64,000 bases of DNA from a virus: the UHGV virus genome UHGV-0298424, one strand, 5' to 3'. Below the pieces are notes generated by a model. It was not told where the DNA came from, did no database searches, and saw nothing but the letters and a program-made list of their open reading frames with translations. Positions 1 to 9,953 of this stretch are shown here, piece after piece (positions within the stretch are counted from its first letter, which is position 1; each line of letters starts with the position of its first letter). The position numbers were made by a program, and so were the translations under genes.

Positions 1-20
1 AGAAAAAAATAAGAAAGTTA

Positions 21-44
21 ACCTACCTCCTTTCGGAGGTAGGT
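21..44. terminator. intrinsic terminator hairpin
   Basis: ACCTACCTCC-TTTC-GGAGGTAGGT with A-run upstream and T-run downstream. Confidence 0.5.
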
Positions 45-52
45 GCTTTTGT

Positions 53-883
53 TTATTTCGCCAAGTCTGCTTCTTTTACAAAGATACCGTCGGCGTTCAG
101 GTAACCTTTACGGTCTTTGATTTCATGCCAGGCTAAAGAGAAGCAATGGCGAATATCCAATTTATAATACAAGGCGATACGAGCAAGATGGGCTAAACCC
201 AGGCTAACGAAATCGAAACCATGATCTTTACCTTCCATAAAGGTTGTGGCAAAACTTTCAATAGCGTGAAGGTATTGTTGATGTGGGTATCCAGCGTTGT
301 TTAAATTTTCTTCAACTTCAGCTACATCTTCCACGTCTAAGCGTAGACCAGACTCAATGCAGTCTTCTGCCATTGTAGGAAGGTCAGAATACCTATTCCC
401 TAATTCGATGATATTTACCAGAACCACCAACGCATCACCGATACCGTCCATGATTAGCTCAGGTTTGTTTTTACTGATACCAGCGGCGATTTCACCAAAT
501 TCTTCAAAGAACTTCGTGATTTGTGTTTCTAGTTTACCGTTATCTAGGATGCCGCGTTCTTTGGACCAACCAAGAACATTGGCCACGCACTCCTTCACAG
601 AGAAGAGAGAAACGCGAACGGGCGACATTACCATATTAACGAACACTGCTCTTTTGGTATCGAGATTTAGTTCGCAGTCGTTAACATCCAAAAGAGAATC
701 GCCGCGTGATATTCTACCTTGAACACGAACCTTACCATTGAGAGTATTCATCGCCATACCCCAGATGGTTTCGAATTCGAAATCCCCACCTTCAGCTTTA
801 ATAGCAGGATTAACTTGATACAGCATGTCGTCGTTGATACGAATAACTTTGAATGGAATTTGAATAGTGAAAGTTTCGCCCAT
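53..883 (-). CDS. putative all-alpha NTP pyrophosphohydrolase (MazG / dimeric dUTPase-like)
   Basis: 276-aa ORF; EEFGE and DGIGDALVVLVNI acidic-helix motifs resemble MazG/HisE-type signatures; terminator hairpin at 21-44 just past the stop. Confidence 0.4.
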   Translation of the reverse strand: MGETFTIQIPFKVIRINDDMLYQVNPAIKAEGGDFEFETIWGMAMNTLNGKVRVQGRISRGDSLLDVNDCELNLDTKRAVFVNMVMSPVRVSLFSVKECVANVLGWSKERGILDNGKLETQITKFFEEFGEIAAGISKNKPELIMDGIGDALVVLVNIIELGNRYSDLPTMAEDCIESGLRLDVEDVAEVEENLNNAGYPHQQYLHAIESFATTFMEGKDHGFDFVSLGLAHLARIALYYKLDIRHCFSLAWHEIKDRKGYLNADGIFVKEADLAK

Positions 884-924
884 TTTAAAAACTCCGTTAG
901 ATTAAACAAAAAGAATAAGGATTA

Positions 925-945
925 GGGGTGCTACATAAGCACCCC
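925..945 (-). terminator. intrinsic terminator hairpin
   Basis: GGGGTGCT-ACAT-AAGCACCCC; T-rich tract follows on the minus strand. Confidence 0.45.
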
Positions 946-1139
946 GTGAACTGTTAAATTTTGCAAGCCCCGCCTGAGCAGTTATCGTCTTCCGTGGTTG
1001 GGTCAGCACCCTTATCTACGGTAGCTTCCGGGTCTAAGCCAGGGATTGCAAATTCGTCAGTTTCTTTAACGGTTTCTACTTTAACTTCTTCAGTCATTTT
1101 AGTTCCCAAATTTCTTACAAAGGTGTTAGCAGTTTTGAT

Positions 1140-1322
1140 TTAACGATGGCGAGTGTGAGACAGAAGCAGGCCCATCCGTAATGGAACTGACGCAGTCATT
1201 GCCTTTTTATACTGCACAGTGCGTACTTTCGATTTACCAGGTCCCTTACGTACGCGGTTGTAGCCAATAAAATATAGAGTACCTGTAAAGAATCTGAGGT
1301 TATGAAAATATGGCTTCTTCAT
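1140..1322 (-). CDS. small basic protein, KGP-motif family member 1
   Basis: 60-aa ORF with RKGPGKSKV motif shared with two neighbouring small ORFs. Confidence 0.35.
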   Translation of the reverse strand: MKKPYFHNLRFFTGTLYFIGYNRVRKGPGKSKVRTVQYKKAMTASVPLRMGLLLSHTRHR

Positions 1323-1504
1323 TGTTCCTCCTTCTCGAATGGGTTAGATTCAAGGAACTTGGAATAATCAAATTGAATTACTTGGAAACGTTTACGTCCT
1401 TTACGTGGCCCTTTGCGGCAACGTGTAACAATGGTACGAAATTTTCCCGGTTCGAAATATATCACTGTGGCATTAATAACACAATCTAACGTATCAACCC
1501 CCAT
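1319..1504 (-). CDS. small basic protein, KGP-motif family member 2
   Basis: 61-aa ORF; RKGPRKGRKRFQVIQFDY motif; 4-nt overlap with the downstream ORF. Confidence 0.35.
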   Translation of the reverse strand: MGVDTLDCVINATVIYFEPGKFRTIVTRCRKGPRKGRKRFQVIQFDYSKFLESNPFEKEEQ

Positions 1505-1512
1505 AGGTTGCC

Positions 1513-1902
1513 TTAATCGGTGTGCATAGTGAGATAATTGCTTTCAAAATCGAAGGTTTCGATTAGTTTTTGCAGTTCTTCCAATGCGTGCTGTTTCCAG
1601 TCGTCTCGTGGCGTAGGCTGATCCAATTCTTCAATATATTGTTTAAAGGTGGTAAGTTGTTCTTTACTGATTGCGAATTCACTACTACCGCATACCGTCG
1701 TTATATTGAATTCGGATTTAAGTTTGTTAAACGCATTCCAACAAAACGACAGCCTTTCTGTCCACACCAAGTTACCCTGATCGAATATTTCTCCGAGTAT
1801 GTCGTCAACATGATCGACGTAATATTGGTGCTCCCAAGCCTGTCGCACGGATTCTTTTACAGCGGATTTTGAGTATGAATAAACGTAGATATCGATTGAC
1901 AT
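1513..1902 (-). CDS. hypothetical protein
   Basis: 129-aa ORF co-directional with neighbours. Confidence 0.4.
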   Translation of the reverse strand: MSIDIYVYSYSKSAVKESVRQAWEHQYYVDHVDDILGEIFDQGNLVWTERLSFCWNAFNKLKSEFNITTVCGSSEFAISKEQLTTFKQYIEELDQPTPRDDWKQHALEELQKLIETFDFESNYLTMHTD

Positions 1903-1930
1903 AATGAATTTACTCCCTGAGTTAATTTAA

Positions 1931-2182
1931 TCAGTAAGGTCGGATTATAACCTTTTCGAAGTATTTATAAATAAATACCTTCTTGTTTTGATGTTTTCTT
2001 GGACCTTTCTTGATACGAGAGATCAAAATACGATCGATGTAACATTCTTTTATAACGCGTCTTCTAGGAATGTAACAGGGAACCGCCTCTAATTCTTCCA
2101 TAGAACTAACTGGATTATCTTTAGAATCCAGGTCGATTAAATCTTCTACTGCGATGTTATGGCTAACATGAGTTTTGGTCAT
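1931..2182 (-). CDS. small basic protein, KGP-motif family member 3
   Basis: 83-aa ORF; KKGPRKHQNKKVFIYKYF motif. Confidence 0.35.
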   Translation of the reverse strand: MTKTHVSHNIAVEDLIDLDSKDNPVSSMEELEAVPCYIPRRRVIKECYIDRILISRIKKGPRKHQNKKVFIYKYFEKVIIRPY

Positions 2183-2241
2183 TTCAATGTTCCCTTTTTA
2201 GTTAGGTAGTGGTTCAGATATAGATTGCATGTGAAACAACT

Positions 2242-2538
2242 TTACTGAAAATCACGTTTAGCCTTGCTAATGATTTGAGATATTCGGCTTGGCGTCACTC
2301 CGTGTATTTCGGCCAATTTCTTGTTACTTAGGCCACCCAATTTACCAACAAGAATATTCAATACACGTAAGTCTTTTAACGTTGCCGAAATCTTCTCTAA
2401 GATTTCGATATCAGCTTGATCAAACTTACCTTTAGTCTGTAATGCTATCCCAGCACGCTCAGTAACAGTTTTTAGCTCAGCTAATCGACTAATGCCGAAA
2501 GAAGTTAACTCCACGTACGATTTCTCATTAATCATCAT
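2242..2538 (-). CDS. helix-turn-helix protein (sigma-70 region 4-like)
   Basis: 98-aa ORF; C-terminal LSNKKLAEIHGVTPSRISQIISKA resembles region 4.2 / LuxR-type HTH. Confidence 0.4.
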   Translation of the reverse strand: MMINEKSYVELTSFGISRLAELKTVTERAGIALQTKGKFDQADIEILEKISATLKDLRVLNILVGKLGGLSNKKLAEIHGVTPSRISQIISKAKRDFQ

Positions 2539-2545
2539 GTACCCC

Positions 2546-3586
2546 TTAGACAGCTATGGGAGCTTTAATTGTGTCGTGCGATTGATAACCAACTAATTCG
2601 AAGTCTTCGTATTTGTAATCGAAGATGGAATCAGGTTTACGTTTGATAACCAGTTTAGGTAGCGGGTAAGGTTCGCGAGTAAGTTGTAGTTTTGCCTGCT
2701 CCAGATGGTTAGAGTAAAGATGAACGTCTACACCACTATAAACCAACTCGTCTGGAACCATGTTCAACTGCTGTGCAATCATGTGAGTTAACAACGCGTA
2801 CGAAGCGACGTTAAATGGCGCGCCAAGTAGGTAATCGTTGCTCCGCATCATGTAAAAACATGAAAGTTTACGGCGTGGAATACCTTCACGATCTAAAGTT
2901 TCATGAAGTCGCTCTTCATCATCAATATCTTCGTGATTAATAAGCGGTGCGCTCGCAAATTTTTCCGGCTCGTTTACTTCGTACCAATCCAGTCGCTCAA
3001 GCAGTGTCATTTCTGTAGTGTAGAATTGGAAATAGTTGTGGCATGGGTTAAGTGCCATATCGTCCAGGTCACCTACATTCCAGGCACTAACAATAATACG
3101 ACGGGAGTCAGGGTCTTCACGAAGTTGCTGGATAACTTTGCTGATCTGGTCGTGAGATTTGCGATAAATAACGATACTTTCTTCAGGATCGTCCTTTGCT
3201 ATAGTCCCAACGTAGCGATATCCTCGTTTTCTCAACACGTCTTTACTACGCTCGTCCCAAAGATAAACCATCTTGGTATCCATCCATTCCCGCCACTGGT
3301 GTCCGTAGACAGGGCCTAATTCCCCTTCTTCATTCGCCCATGAATCCCAAATTTTTACCCCGTTCTCTTGCAGGTACTTCACGTTAGTGTCGCCATTTAA
3401 GAACCACAGCAGTTCATGAATGATACTTTTCAGGTGAACCTTTTTCGTAGTAACTAATGGGAAACCTTCTTTTAGGTCGAAACGTAGTTGGCGACCAAAT
3501 ACAGAAAGTGTCCCTACGCCTGTACGGTCTTTCTTGACAACACCGTTATCTAGAATGTCTTGCATTAACGCTAAATACTGTTTCAT
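2546..3586 (-). CDS. thyA: thymidylate synthase (ThyA family, with two in-frame insertions)
   Basis: 346 aa; near-collinear with E. coli ThyA from memory ([57 protein letters not shown]-terminal KAPIAV); about 30-aa and 40-aa insertions. Confidence 0.8.
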   Translation of the reverse strand: MKQYLALMQDILDNGVVKKDRTGVGTLSVFGRQLRFDLKEGFPLVTTKKVHLKSIIHELLWFLNGDTNVKYLQENGVKIWDSWANEEGELGPVYGHQWREWMDTKMVYLWDERSKDVLRKRGYRYVGTIAKDDPEESIVIYRKSHDQISKVIQQLREDPDSRRIIVSAWNVGDLDDMALNPCHNYFQFYTTEMTLLERLDWYEVNEPEKFASAPLINHEDIDDEERLHETLDREGIPRRKLSCFYMMRSNDYLLGAPFNVASYALLTHMIAQQLNMVPDELVYSGVDVHLYSNHLEQAKLQLTREPYPLPKLVIKRKPDSIFDYKYEDFELVGYQSHDTIKAPIAV

Positions 3587-3900
3587 TTGTTATTCTCCAT
3601 ACGTTTCGTTAAAATGTCTAAATTACGTTGCGCTTGCTCAGGACTAAAAATAATGTTTTCCTGGCTATACGTTACATGGAAATGTTTTTTGTTAACAATC
3701 TCAACCTTAAGGCCACGAACTTCGAATTGCCGTTTAGCCTCTTCAACCTTTTTTGGTGAGATTCTAAGAAGACCTGGAAATAGTTCGTCTGCAGGAACGT
3801 AGTATTTGATTTCCTTAGTTTCGGGAATTAATTCGATCCTATCTAAACTGACGCTTATGATTTCGTCAATCTTTTTCTTTATATTGTCGTTCACAGTCAT
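3583..3900 (-). CDS. hypothetical protein
   Basis: 105-aa ORF; 4-nt overlap with the thyA start. Confidence 0.4.
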   Translation of the reverse strand: MTVNDNIKKKIDEIISVSLDRIELIPETKEIKYYVPADELFPGLLRISPKKVEEAKRQFEVRGLKVEIVNKKHFHVTYSQENIIFSPEQAQRNLDILTKRMENNK

Positions 3901-4208
3901 CAGATTTTGTCCTTTTCGAGTTCAGTTAAAATTTCAAACAGGTCTGCGTTGGACTGCAGTACGATTTCACTGCCTTCTGCTACAACAGTAATTAAAGGCT
4001 TCTTACCACGTAGCAAGAACTCCCAACGCATTGTTCTTACGTGGCTGTCGAGTAACTGTTTTAATTTGTGGTTAACTTCAACTTCCAATTTGCCCAGTAA
4101 CTGTGGTGTAATGCTTTCACCTGAGTTTTTGTTATAAAGTGTACGCACTAAAGAACGTAAAGAATAGCCAATGCACTGCGAAATTGCCCAACCCGAATAG
4201 TTTTCCAT
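3900..4208 (-). CDS. hypothetical protein
   Basis: 102-aa ORF in operon-like array. Confidence 0.4.
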   Translation of the reverse strand: MENYSGWAISQCIGYSLRSLVRTLYNKNSGESITPQLLGKLEVEVNHKLKQLLDSHVRTMRWEFLLRGKKPLITVVAEGSEIVLQSNADLFEILTELEKDKI

Positions 4209-4209
4209 G

Positions 4210-4755
4210 TTAATCCTTCAAAATGTCTTTAAGTTTTAGTTTTGTATAGAACGGAGAACTACTTAGTTCTTCTGTCCAACTTATACGTCCGTTCTGTAGA
4301 ACCCGGTCGAAGATTAGGCCGTTCATCTTTACAATTCTGGCCAATTGATAAAAGAGTGTCGCGAGATGTAGACGACGCTCCATTTGTGCGCGAGCGGTAC
4401 AACTTCGTACCGCTTTGATAGCAAGTACCGCTTCTGGCATCAACGTAACCGCGATTGACTCAGGATGTTCGTTTTTCCATTTCTTAATGGCTAGTAGTCG
4501 GTGTAGTGATTTTTCAAGGGGACGTAAATCCCCGTTATTCATCACGTAAACTAGAGCAGCAATATCCCACAAGGCGTTACCCACCGCTTTAGCAACAAAC
4601 AACCCGTCGTGTGATGTCGTGGATTCACAGACTTTGCCAATACTTCCATAAACACGTGCAGTCCATGCGTCTGTCTGTTCGCCGGGTTTTATACCCGCGT
4701 TATCCAGAAAGTGTTTAAACGCATTAACGTGATCAGTTAACTGTATTTGTTTCAT
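4210..4755 (-). CDS. hypothetical protein
   Basis: 181-aa ORF. Confidence 0.4.
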   Translation of the reverse strand: MKQIQLTDHVNAFKHFLDNAGIKPGEQTDAWTARVYGSIGKVCESTTSHDGLFVAKAVGNALWDIAALVYVMNNGDLRPLEKSLHRLLAIKKWKNEHPESIAVTLMPEAVLAIKAVRSCTARAQMERRLHLATLFYQLARIVKMNGLIFDRVLQNGRISWTEELSSSPFYTKLKLKDILKD

Positions 4756-4769
4756 TTCCGATACCCGAT

Positions 4770-5234
4770 TTAGTCACGAGACTTTATTTTAAGGTACGCA
4801 ACCGCAGCTCCCACGATTGCAATACCGGCGCCCCAACCTATCTTTTCTATTACACTCATATCGTCCCATCTTTTCTCTTCGTTACGTCGTTTGGCCTCGT
4901 CTGCCCGTTCTCTCCACATCGCTTCGCGTTCCAGACAGCTGGGATTTATTTCCTCTTCACAACGACGTTTCCGCTCTTCTTCCCTAACCAGTTCTTCTAA
5001 ATAGAGCCTCGTTTCTTCCACAGCTTGTTCATAGACGTCTATGCGTTCGGGAAGAATTCTCCTGTGAGCGGCTTTGTTGCGAACGGAAGCAATCATGTGG
5101 AGTTTCCGTTCGTATTTTGGTTCGAGAAGATGAGCTATGCTTTTGGTCTTCCCATGAAGCCCATGACCGGTACCGCCGAGTTTTTCCACAAGTTCTTCTA
5201 CAGAAATTGCAAGATCGAGAATATATCCACGCAT
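4770..5234 (-). CDS. hypothetical protein with C-terminal transmembrane helix
   Basis: start moved to ATG at 5234 with GGAGA SD; Glu/Arg-rich helix then GWGAGIAIVGAAVAYL hydrophobic tail. Confidence 0.4.
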   Translation of the reverse strand: MRGYILDLAISVEELVEKLGGTGHGLHGKTKSIAHLLEPKYERKLHMIASVRNKAAHRRILPERIDVYEQAVEETRLYLEELVREEERKRRCEEEINPSCLEREAMWRERADEAKRRNEEKRWDDMSVIEKIGWGAGIAIVGAAVAYLKIKSRD

Positions 5235-5294
5235 AATTGTTTCTCCGCTTAAACGCAGTCTTGGGAGACATAAGTCTGTTCCCAACTGTAAAAA

Positions 5295-5663
5295 TCATTT
5301 CAACAAAACAAGATGAATTTGGTATTCGTCATCAGCAGGAGAAGAATAATCGCCAGCTTCAGGTAACGTTATATCTCCCAGTAGAGCGTGGAAGGGTAAT
5401 CCACGAGCAGCCTCAACTATTCGTACAAGCGGAAAACCTGTTCTTTTAATCCAATTGTAATCAACAAACATAACACCACCAGGACTTCCCGAACCTTCCC
5501 ACACACGAATTTCCACAGTCTTTCCCGAAAAGTTGGCAAGTACGGTGCGTAGTCCTAATCGCACATAACTGGGAAAGGGTACTTCAATAACTTGTTTTGG
5601 TAAAACAAATTCAGGGAATTTAAAACCGAAACCTTTGGGTGTACTAAAAAACTGAGCTTGCAT
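5295..5663 (-). CDS. hypothetical protein
   Basis: 122-aa ORF. Confidence 0.4.
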   Translation of the reverse strand: MQAQFFSTPKGFGFKFPEFVLPKQVIEVPFPSYVRLGLRTVLANFSGKTVEIRVWEGSGSPGGVMFVDYNWIKRTGFPLVRIVEAARGLPFHALLGDITLPEAGDYSSPADDEYQIHLVLLK

Positions 5664-5694
5664 GATAATTCTCCTTTAGGGTAAAAAATGAAAA

Positions 5695-5722
5695 TACCCT
5701 ACTCCTGTCTAGGAGTAGGGTA
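5695..5722 (-). terminator. intrinsic terminator hairpin
   Basis: TACCCTACTCCT-loop-AGGAGTAGGGTA followed by T-run on minus strand. Confidence 0.55.
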
Positions 5723-5726
5723 GGTA

Positions 5727-6386
5727 TTACATACGGGTAACTGAATCCCAGTAATCGCGAAGATATTCTTGATCTTCAGGATCTTTCGGTGTAGCCGGAA
5801 TGTGGCCGTCAAACTCAAACGGAATTACAGACAGAACATCCGCAATCTCGTAACGCTCGACTTCCAGTTCAACTTTCACCCAGTCACCGACGCTGGTACT
5901 ACTACGCATCTCGGTGAGGAGATCGTTAAAGTCAGCCGAAACTTCAATTGCAGGGTGTCCGGTGGTGATAGTGAAAATATCAATATCCCAATGCTTAGCG
6001 CCTTTATCGGCTAATTCACCCGGTTCTAAGTGGATACGTTTCACCAGGTGAGCCAAATAACCGTCCTTGTAAAAAGAGAGTGCAGAACTAATACCGATAT
6101 CCGAATTCTCTTCAACCTTTCCGTCCAGGAATTTACGCTTAAGCGTTAGCTGTGCTGTACCGTCTTCTTTAATACGGATACGACGACGCCCACCTTCTAT
6201 CGGCATGAGAATGTCCATGAACATCTTAGTGGACTGTGCGTGTAGCCAATCCCATCCCGCTTGCGTGGGTTTTACCCAAACGCAATATTCCTTTTCCACT
6301 TCGCGTTTAATGGATTCGCCTGCAACGCGAATAACCTCTTCTTCCTGCGCTTTTTCCAATTGCGCAAGGGTATCGAATAATCCCAT
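5727..6386 (-). CDS. hypothetical protein
   Basis: 219-aa ORF; terminator hairpin 5695-5722 after stop. Confidence 0.45.
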   Translation of the reverse strand: MGLFDTLAQLEKAQEEEVIRVAGESIKREVEKEYCVWVKPTQAGWDWLHAQSTKMFMDILMPIEGGRRRIRIKEDGTAQLTLKRKFLDGKVEENSDIGISSALSFYKDGYLAHLVKRIHLEPGELADKGAKHWDIDIFTITTGHPAIEVSADFNDLLTEMRSSTSVGDWVKVELEVERYEIADVLSVIPFEFDGHIPATPKDPEDQEYLRDYWDSVTRM

Positions 6387-7207
6387 TAGATTAATCCCAT
6401 ACTTTCACTGACGCTCGTAATGTCGAACGTTGTGTCGTTAAAGTCGATGTTTTCTACAATAGAAACCACCAGATTAGGAAGCCATTCTGAATGGGGTGGT
6501 GTAATAACCCGGCCGTTCATAACGTAGTAATGCAAGAACGGTAGTCCCATCGAATGGCAGTACGATAACACATTACCTAAGCAACTTCCGTCAAACTTCA
6601 AGAGTCGGAGCTTACGCAGTAATGCGTTTTGAAATGCACCGCTTGCGTAATTGCTAAACTCGCCAGGTCGATAATCCGTGCCCCCGTAGATACTCGCCTT
6701 TAATCGCCGACCGCGTTGTATACATTCAGCCCCAGTCAGGGTTCGTAATAAACGAATGTCTGGATATTCAGTTTCCAAACGACCCAAAGCGTTTATTCCG
6801 TAGCCCTTGTAGAACAGATAGTCTACGATCCTTAAATAATGATAGTAACCTTCCAACGTTAAAAACTGACCGTGAATTGTGTCGAATTTAGCACCGTTAG
6901 GTTGCGCGTAGAAGTTACTGATCATTTTCCCTACGGTAGTACGACCGTTAGAGTAAAGGTTAAGGTGGTTGATACCGTCGGTAAAAGGGAGTTTTTCGGG
7001 TAACGCACAAACGTAGCCTAAACGACGAAGGTATAGGACATAAACAAAGCGCTCATCAGGAGTAAGCACAATGTTTGACGCGTTAACGTATGTATTAGGA
7101 TTATTTCGGCCAGGTTGATAACCCAGCGTTAAAGCCAATGCTTGATTGTCTTCGCTCTGACTTTTGATCTTCTTTAATACGGAACGCAGTAATTGTGGTT
7201 CGGACAT
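6386..7207 (-). CDS. hypothetical protein
   Basis: start at ATG 7207 preceded by AAGAGG; track ORF extends to 7228. Confidence 0.45.
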   Translation of the reverse strand: MSEPQLLRSVLKKIKSQSEDNQALALTLGYQPGRNNPNTYVNASNIVLTPDERFVYVLYLRRLGYVCALPEKLPFTDGINHLNLYSNGRTTVGKMISNFYAQPNGAKFDTIHGQFLTLEGYYHYLRIVDYLFYKGYGINALGRLETEYPDIRLLRTLTGAECIQRGRRLKASIYGGTDYRPGEFSNYASGAFQNALLRKLRLLKFDGSCLGNVLSYCHSMGLPFLHYYVMNGRVITPPHSEWLPNLVVSIVENIDFNDTTFDITSVSESMGLI

Positions 7208-7217
7208 AACCGGCCTC

Positions 7218-8492
7218 TTAAATTGCAAAATAGTCTTCCACGATTTTATCGGTAGACTGGTAACTTACACTGCCTGCAGCAATCACGTAATTACGTTTCT
7301 CAGTGGTCAGTAGTGCCTGAATCGCATTTACGCCCGCGTAGGTGTAAAGTTTAAGTTCAGTCATCTCCGGCGTGATGTTCTTCGCTTTGTCCCACTTTGC
7401 ATCTAATCCTTTAAATAGCGTTAATATGCGAGTACCATACGTTTTGAAACTGACACCAGGTTCAACCCGAAGGTTAGCCATGAGGTTTTGGATAACGGTG
7501 GCTGCGATCTGAGTCCCTTGTCCCGGTTGCAGTTTATCCAGATAGTATTCCGTTGAATCCAGATTACCTGTCGCTGCCGCCTGAATCATCAGCTCGCCGT
7601 ACAGTACCTCTTTTGCTTGTGCGTCGGTAATCGCTTGAAGCATCGGCTCAATTTTAGCCGGTAAACCATAACTGTTCAGTTTGGTAGAGAGGCCATAAAT
7701 CAGCGCCGAAGAGGTATTAATGTCTAACGCGGAGAAACTGTTGCTGCCTTTAAAGCTGTTAATCAGGTTATCGATGGCTAAGAAGTCGTCTAAGTCTTTG
7801 TAGCTGTCGAAAGTATGTTGTACGTCATCAACGATCGAGGTGATTTGATAACGCATACTGTTGACTTCAGACATAAACCCGTTGACTTCTTGACTAACTT
7901 CCGAGGGGAGTTTAGCCAGTTGTCCAGCAATGTTCATCGTCCCTTCGAGACGTTTTTTCACCGAGTTAAAGTCAGTACCGATACCGGATAAAACGGAGTC
8001 GTTTAAGCTGCCGATACTATCCCACCCTTTACCTAACAGCTTCCCCATCCCACCTGGACTTAGGTAGTCTAGCGCTTTTAGGCCATCTTCATCCTTTTTC
8101 TTAAAGGGTTCAGAAACGTCACGCTTTTGTGGGTCGAGGACAGGAAGCGTTTCTTTGGTATTAGATGCAAAACCGGGAACCTTTTGTCCTGGCGACACCC
8201 CGGAGGCTGAACTCCCCGCAGTCTTAGTTCCCCCAACACTGGCGGTATCGCTACCGCCAAAAAGGTTACCAATTTTGCTGGTCAGCTCGTTGCCGCCGCT
8301 AATGAGTTTGTTGAAAGTTTCACCAGCGCGGTCTGATAGTCGGCTGACGCTATCGACCGTGTTCTTAATACCACGCTCCGCATTTTCCACTGTTGTTTGT
8401 ACGCGGTTTGTGGCGCTCTTTGCCGTATTAACGGAATTATCGATTGCCGACTGACCTTTATTTATCTGACTGGTTATTTGGTCGATTTTCAT
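7218..8492 (-). CDS. hypothetical protein with Gly/Ser/Thr-rich segment (possible virion protein)
   Basis: start at ATG 8492 with GGAGA SD; N-terminal helical region then low-complexity G/S/T stretch. Confidence 0.45.
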   Translation of the reverse strand: MKIDQITSQINKGQSAIDNSVNTAKSATNRVQTTVENAERGIKNTVDSVSRLSDRAGETFNKLISGGNELTSKIGNLFGGSDTASVGGTKTAGSSASGVSPGQKVPGFASNTKETLPVLDPQKRDVSEPFKKKDEDGLKALDYLSPGGMGKLLGKGWDSIGSLNDSVLSGIGTDFNSVKKRLEGTMNIAGQLAKLPSEVSQEVNGFMSEVNSMRYQITSIVDDVQHTFDSYKDLDDFLAIDNLINSFKGSNSFSALDINTSSALIYGLSTKLNSYGLPAKIEPMLQAITDAQAKEVLYGELMIQAAATGNLDSTEYYLDKLQPGQGTQIAATVIQNLMANLRVEPGVSFKTYGTRILTLFKGLDAKWDKAKNITPEMTELKLYTYAGVNAIQALLTTEKRNYVIAAGSVSYQSTDKIVEDYFAI

Positions 8493-9303
8493 TCTGGTCT
8501 CCAATTTGGTATTCGTCAAGGTTTACCGTGACCTGAACTTCGTAGATCTTATTGTCTTTCTGACGCCTTAAGGTCAAAAGGATTTCGAAACTACGAACAT
8601 CAATTGCCTTGAGTACCCTCATAAACCATTTCCAGGAAAACTTCTTTTTTAACCTTAGATTGTGCTGCATATTGTGCCGCAAATCATTTCGTTTCGACGG
8701 CGTCTGCTCACAGTTAGCGGGATCGTTAACGAAGTTTGTGGAAAGACGGTACCACCAATCCGCATTCATTTTCATGTTTGCGAAGATAGTCCAAGTTAAC
8801 CGAGATAACGGATGTACCATCATCTTTGCGGTCTCACCACAGTTCTGGAAATAACGGTTCAGTTGCGCCGTTGCAGACTCCTTAGGTCGTTCGTCGTTAT
8901 CTTCGAACAAATCCCGAGCGAGATCTTCACGCACGCGTGTGGTAACTTCAGATACGGTTTTTGTTTTGAAGTGTCCTCGGTAAGTGGTTACACAAATCCG
9001 CAGTGTTTCCACTCCGGTAATCACCAACCCTTCTGTAAAACCTCGCCAGGTAAGATCGACAGGTAGTGCAGGGATGTTACCTGAACTCAGCTTCGTGGAG
9101 ATACGTTGTATTCGATCGTCCATCGTTGCTTTTGAACGTGTTTTAAATTCTGGAGACAGAATATGTTTGGCGACGGCGAGTTTGTAATCCGAAGGCTTCC
9201 ATCCGATCAATTCTTTATAATTCCAATAAAGCGTTTGAAGTGGTCCGCCAGCACGTTCGTCTTCAGCGTCCACGACCACACTTACTTTTTTGCTATCCAT
9301 CAC
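8458..9303 (-). CDS. hypothetical protein
   Basis: 281-aa ORF. Confidence 0.45.
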   Translation of the reverse strand: MMDSKKVSVVVDAEDERAGGPLQTLYWNYKELIGWKPSDYKLAVAKHILSPEFKTRSKATMDDRIQRISTKLSSGNIPALPVDLTWRGFTEGLVITGVETLRICVTTYRGHFKTKTVSEVTTRVREDLARDLFEDNDERPKESATAQLNRYFQNCGETAKMMVHPLSRLTWTIFANMKMNADWWYRLSTNFVNDPANCEQTPSKRNDLRHNMQHNLRLKKKFSWKWFMRVLKAIDVRSFEILLTLRRQKDNKIYEVQVTVNLDEYQIGDQNENRPNNQSDK

Positions 9304-9333
9304 ATCACCTTGTTACAAGGGGTTACTGGTTTG

Positions 9334-9882
9334 TTAAATAGGGCGTTCTAAAAGGTAGTGTTCGATCAGTGTTTCCAACTCCCGGAATAAATGCGCTGTT
9401 TGGTTTACCAACGCTTTGTCTTCGTCGGACTCCGGTTTAAGGAACGTCGATTCATAAGGTTGAATTAGCGCGAGTAATTTACCCAATTTATAAGCGGCAA
9501 CCTCAGGACTGGACGTCCCAAAATAAGTGTCTAGCCATCGGTATTCTGCCAAGTCGTTTCGTTTATTTAAAGCATCGGGCAATGGTAGCCATTCAATTGA
9601 ACTCCTGTTAATTGCTCGTTGGTATTCGTTAATGAGAAATGCTAAACGTTGATAAAGAATGTCAATGTTATTAACGCGCAATTCGAGGAAACCGCGAAGG
9701 CTGGGGCGAAAGGGTTCTTCATTTATGTTTAAAGGCAATGTAAGCAATTGTAAGCCGGTAAAGACTCTGACATAGGGGTTGTGGGTGTTCTTATGGAACT
9801 CCTGCTTCAAAGACTCTCTGAGGGCTTTTAAACGGTTATTCTCTAACCGTTGTTTAAAACGAGTTATTATTCCTGTTAACAT
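9334..9882 (-). CDS. hypothetical protein
   Basis: 182-aa ORF. Confidence 0.4.
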   Translation of the reverse strand: MLTGIITRFKQRLENNRLKALRESLKQEFHKNTHNPYVRVFTGLQLLTLPLNINEEPFRPSLRGFLELRVNNIDILYQRLAFLINEYQRAINRSSIEWLPLPDALNKRNDLAEYRWLDTYFGTSSPEVAAYKLGKLLALIQPYESTFLKPESDEDKALVNQTAHLFRELETLIEHYLLERPI

Positions 9883-9953
9883 AATTCACTCCTAAAGAAT
9901 GTCTCACGTAGATAATATCTGTCTGACTTCTTTTTGAAATTGAGGTAGTAAGA

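Noticed and set aside
961-1143. 60-aa plus-strand ORF
   Set aside because: Opposite to the local gene direction, no SD, low-complexity Ser/Val-rich product, and overlaps the likely 3' region of a minus gene.
2903-3319. 138-aa plus-strand ORF inside the thyA locus
   Set aside because: Lies entirely antisense to the strongly supported thymidylate synthase; no SD; low-complexity translation.
2546-3586. Possible group I intron or intein in thymidylate synthase (as in T4 td)
   Set aside because: The ORF is continuous, with no stop codons or frame change; the extra residues are in-frame insertions and no intein splice motifs were seen.
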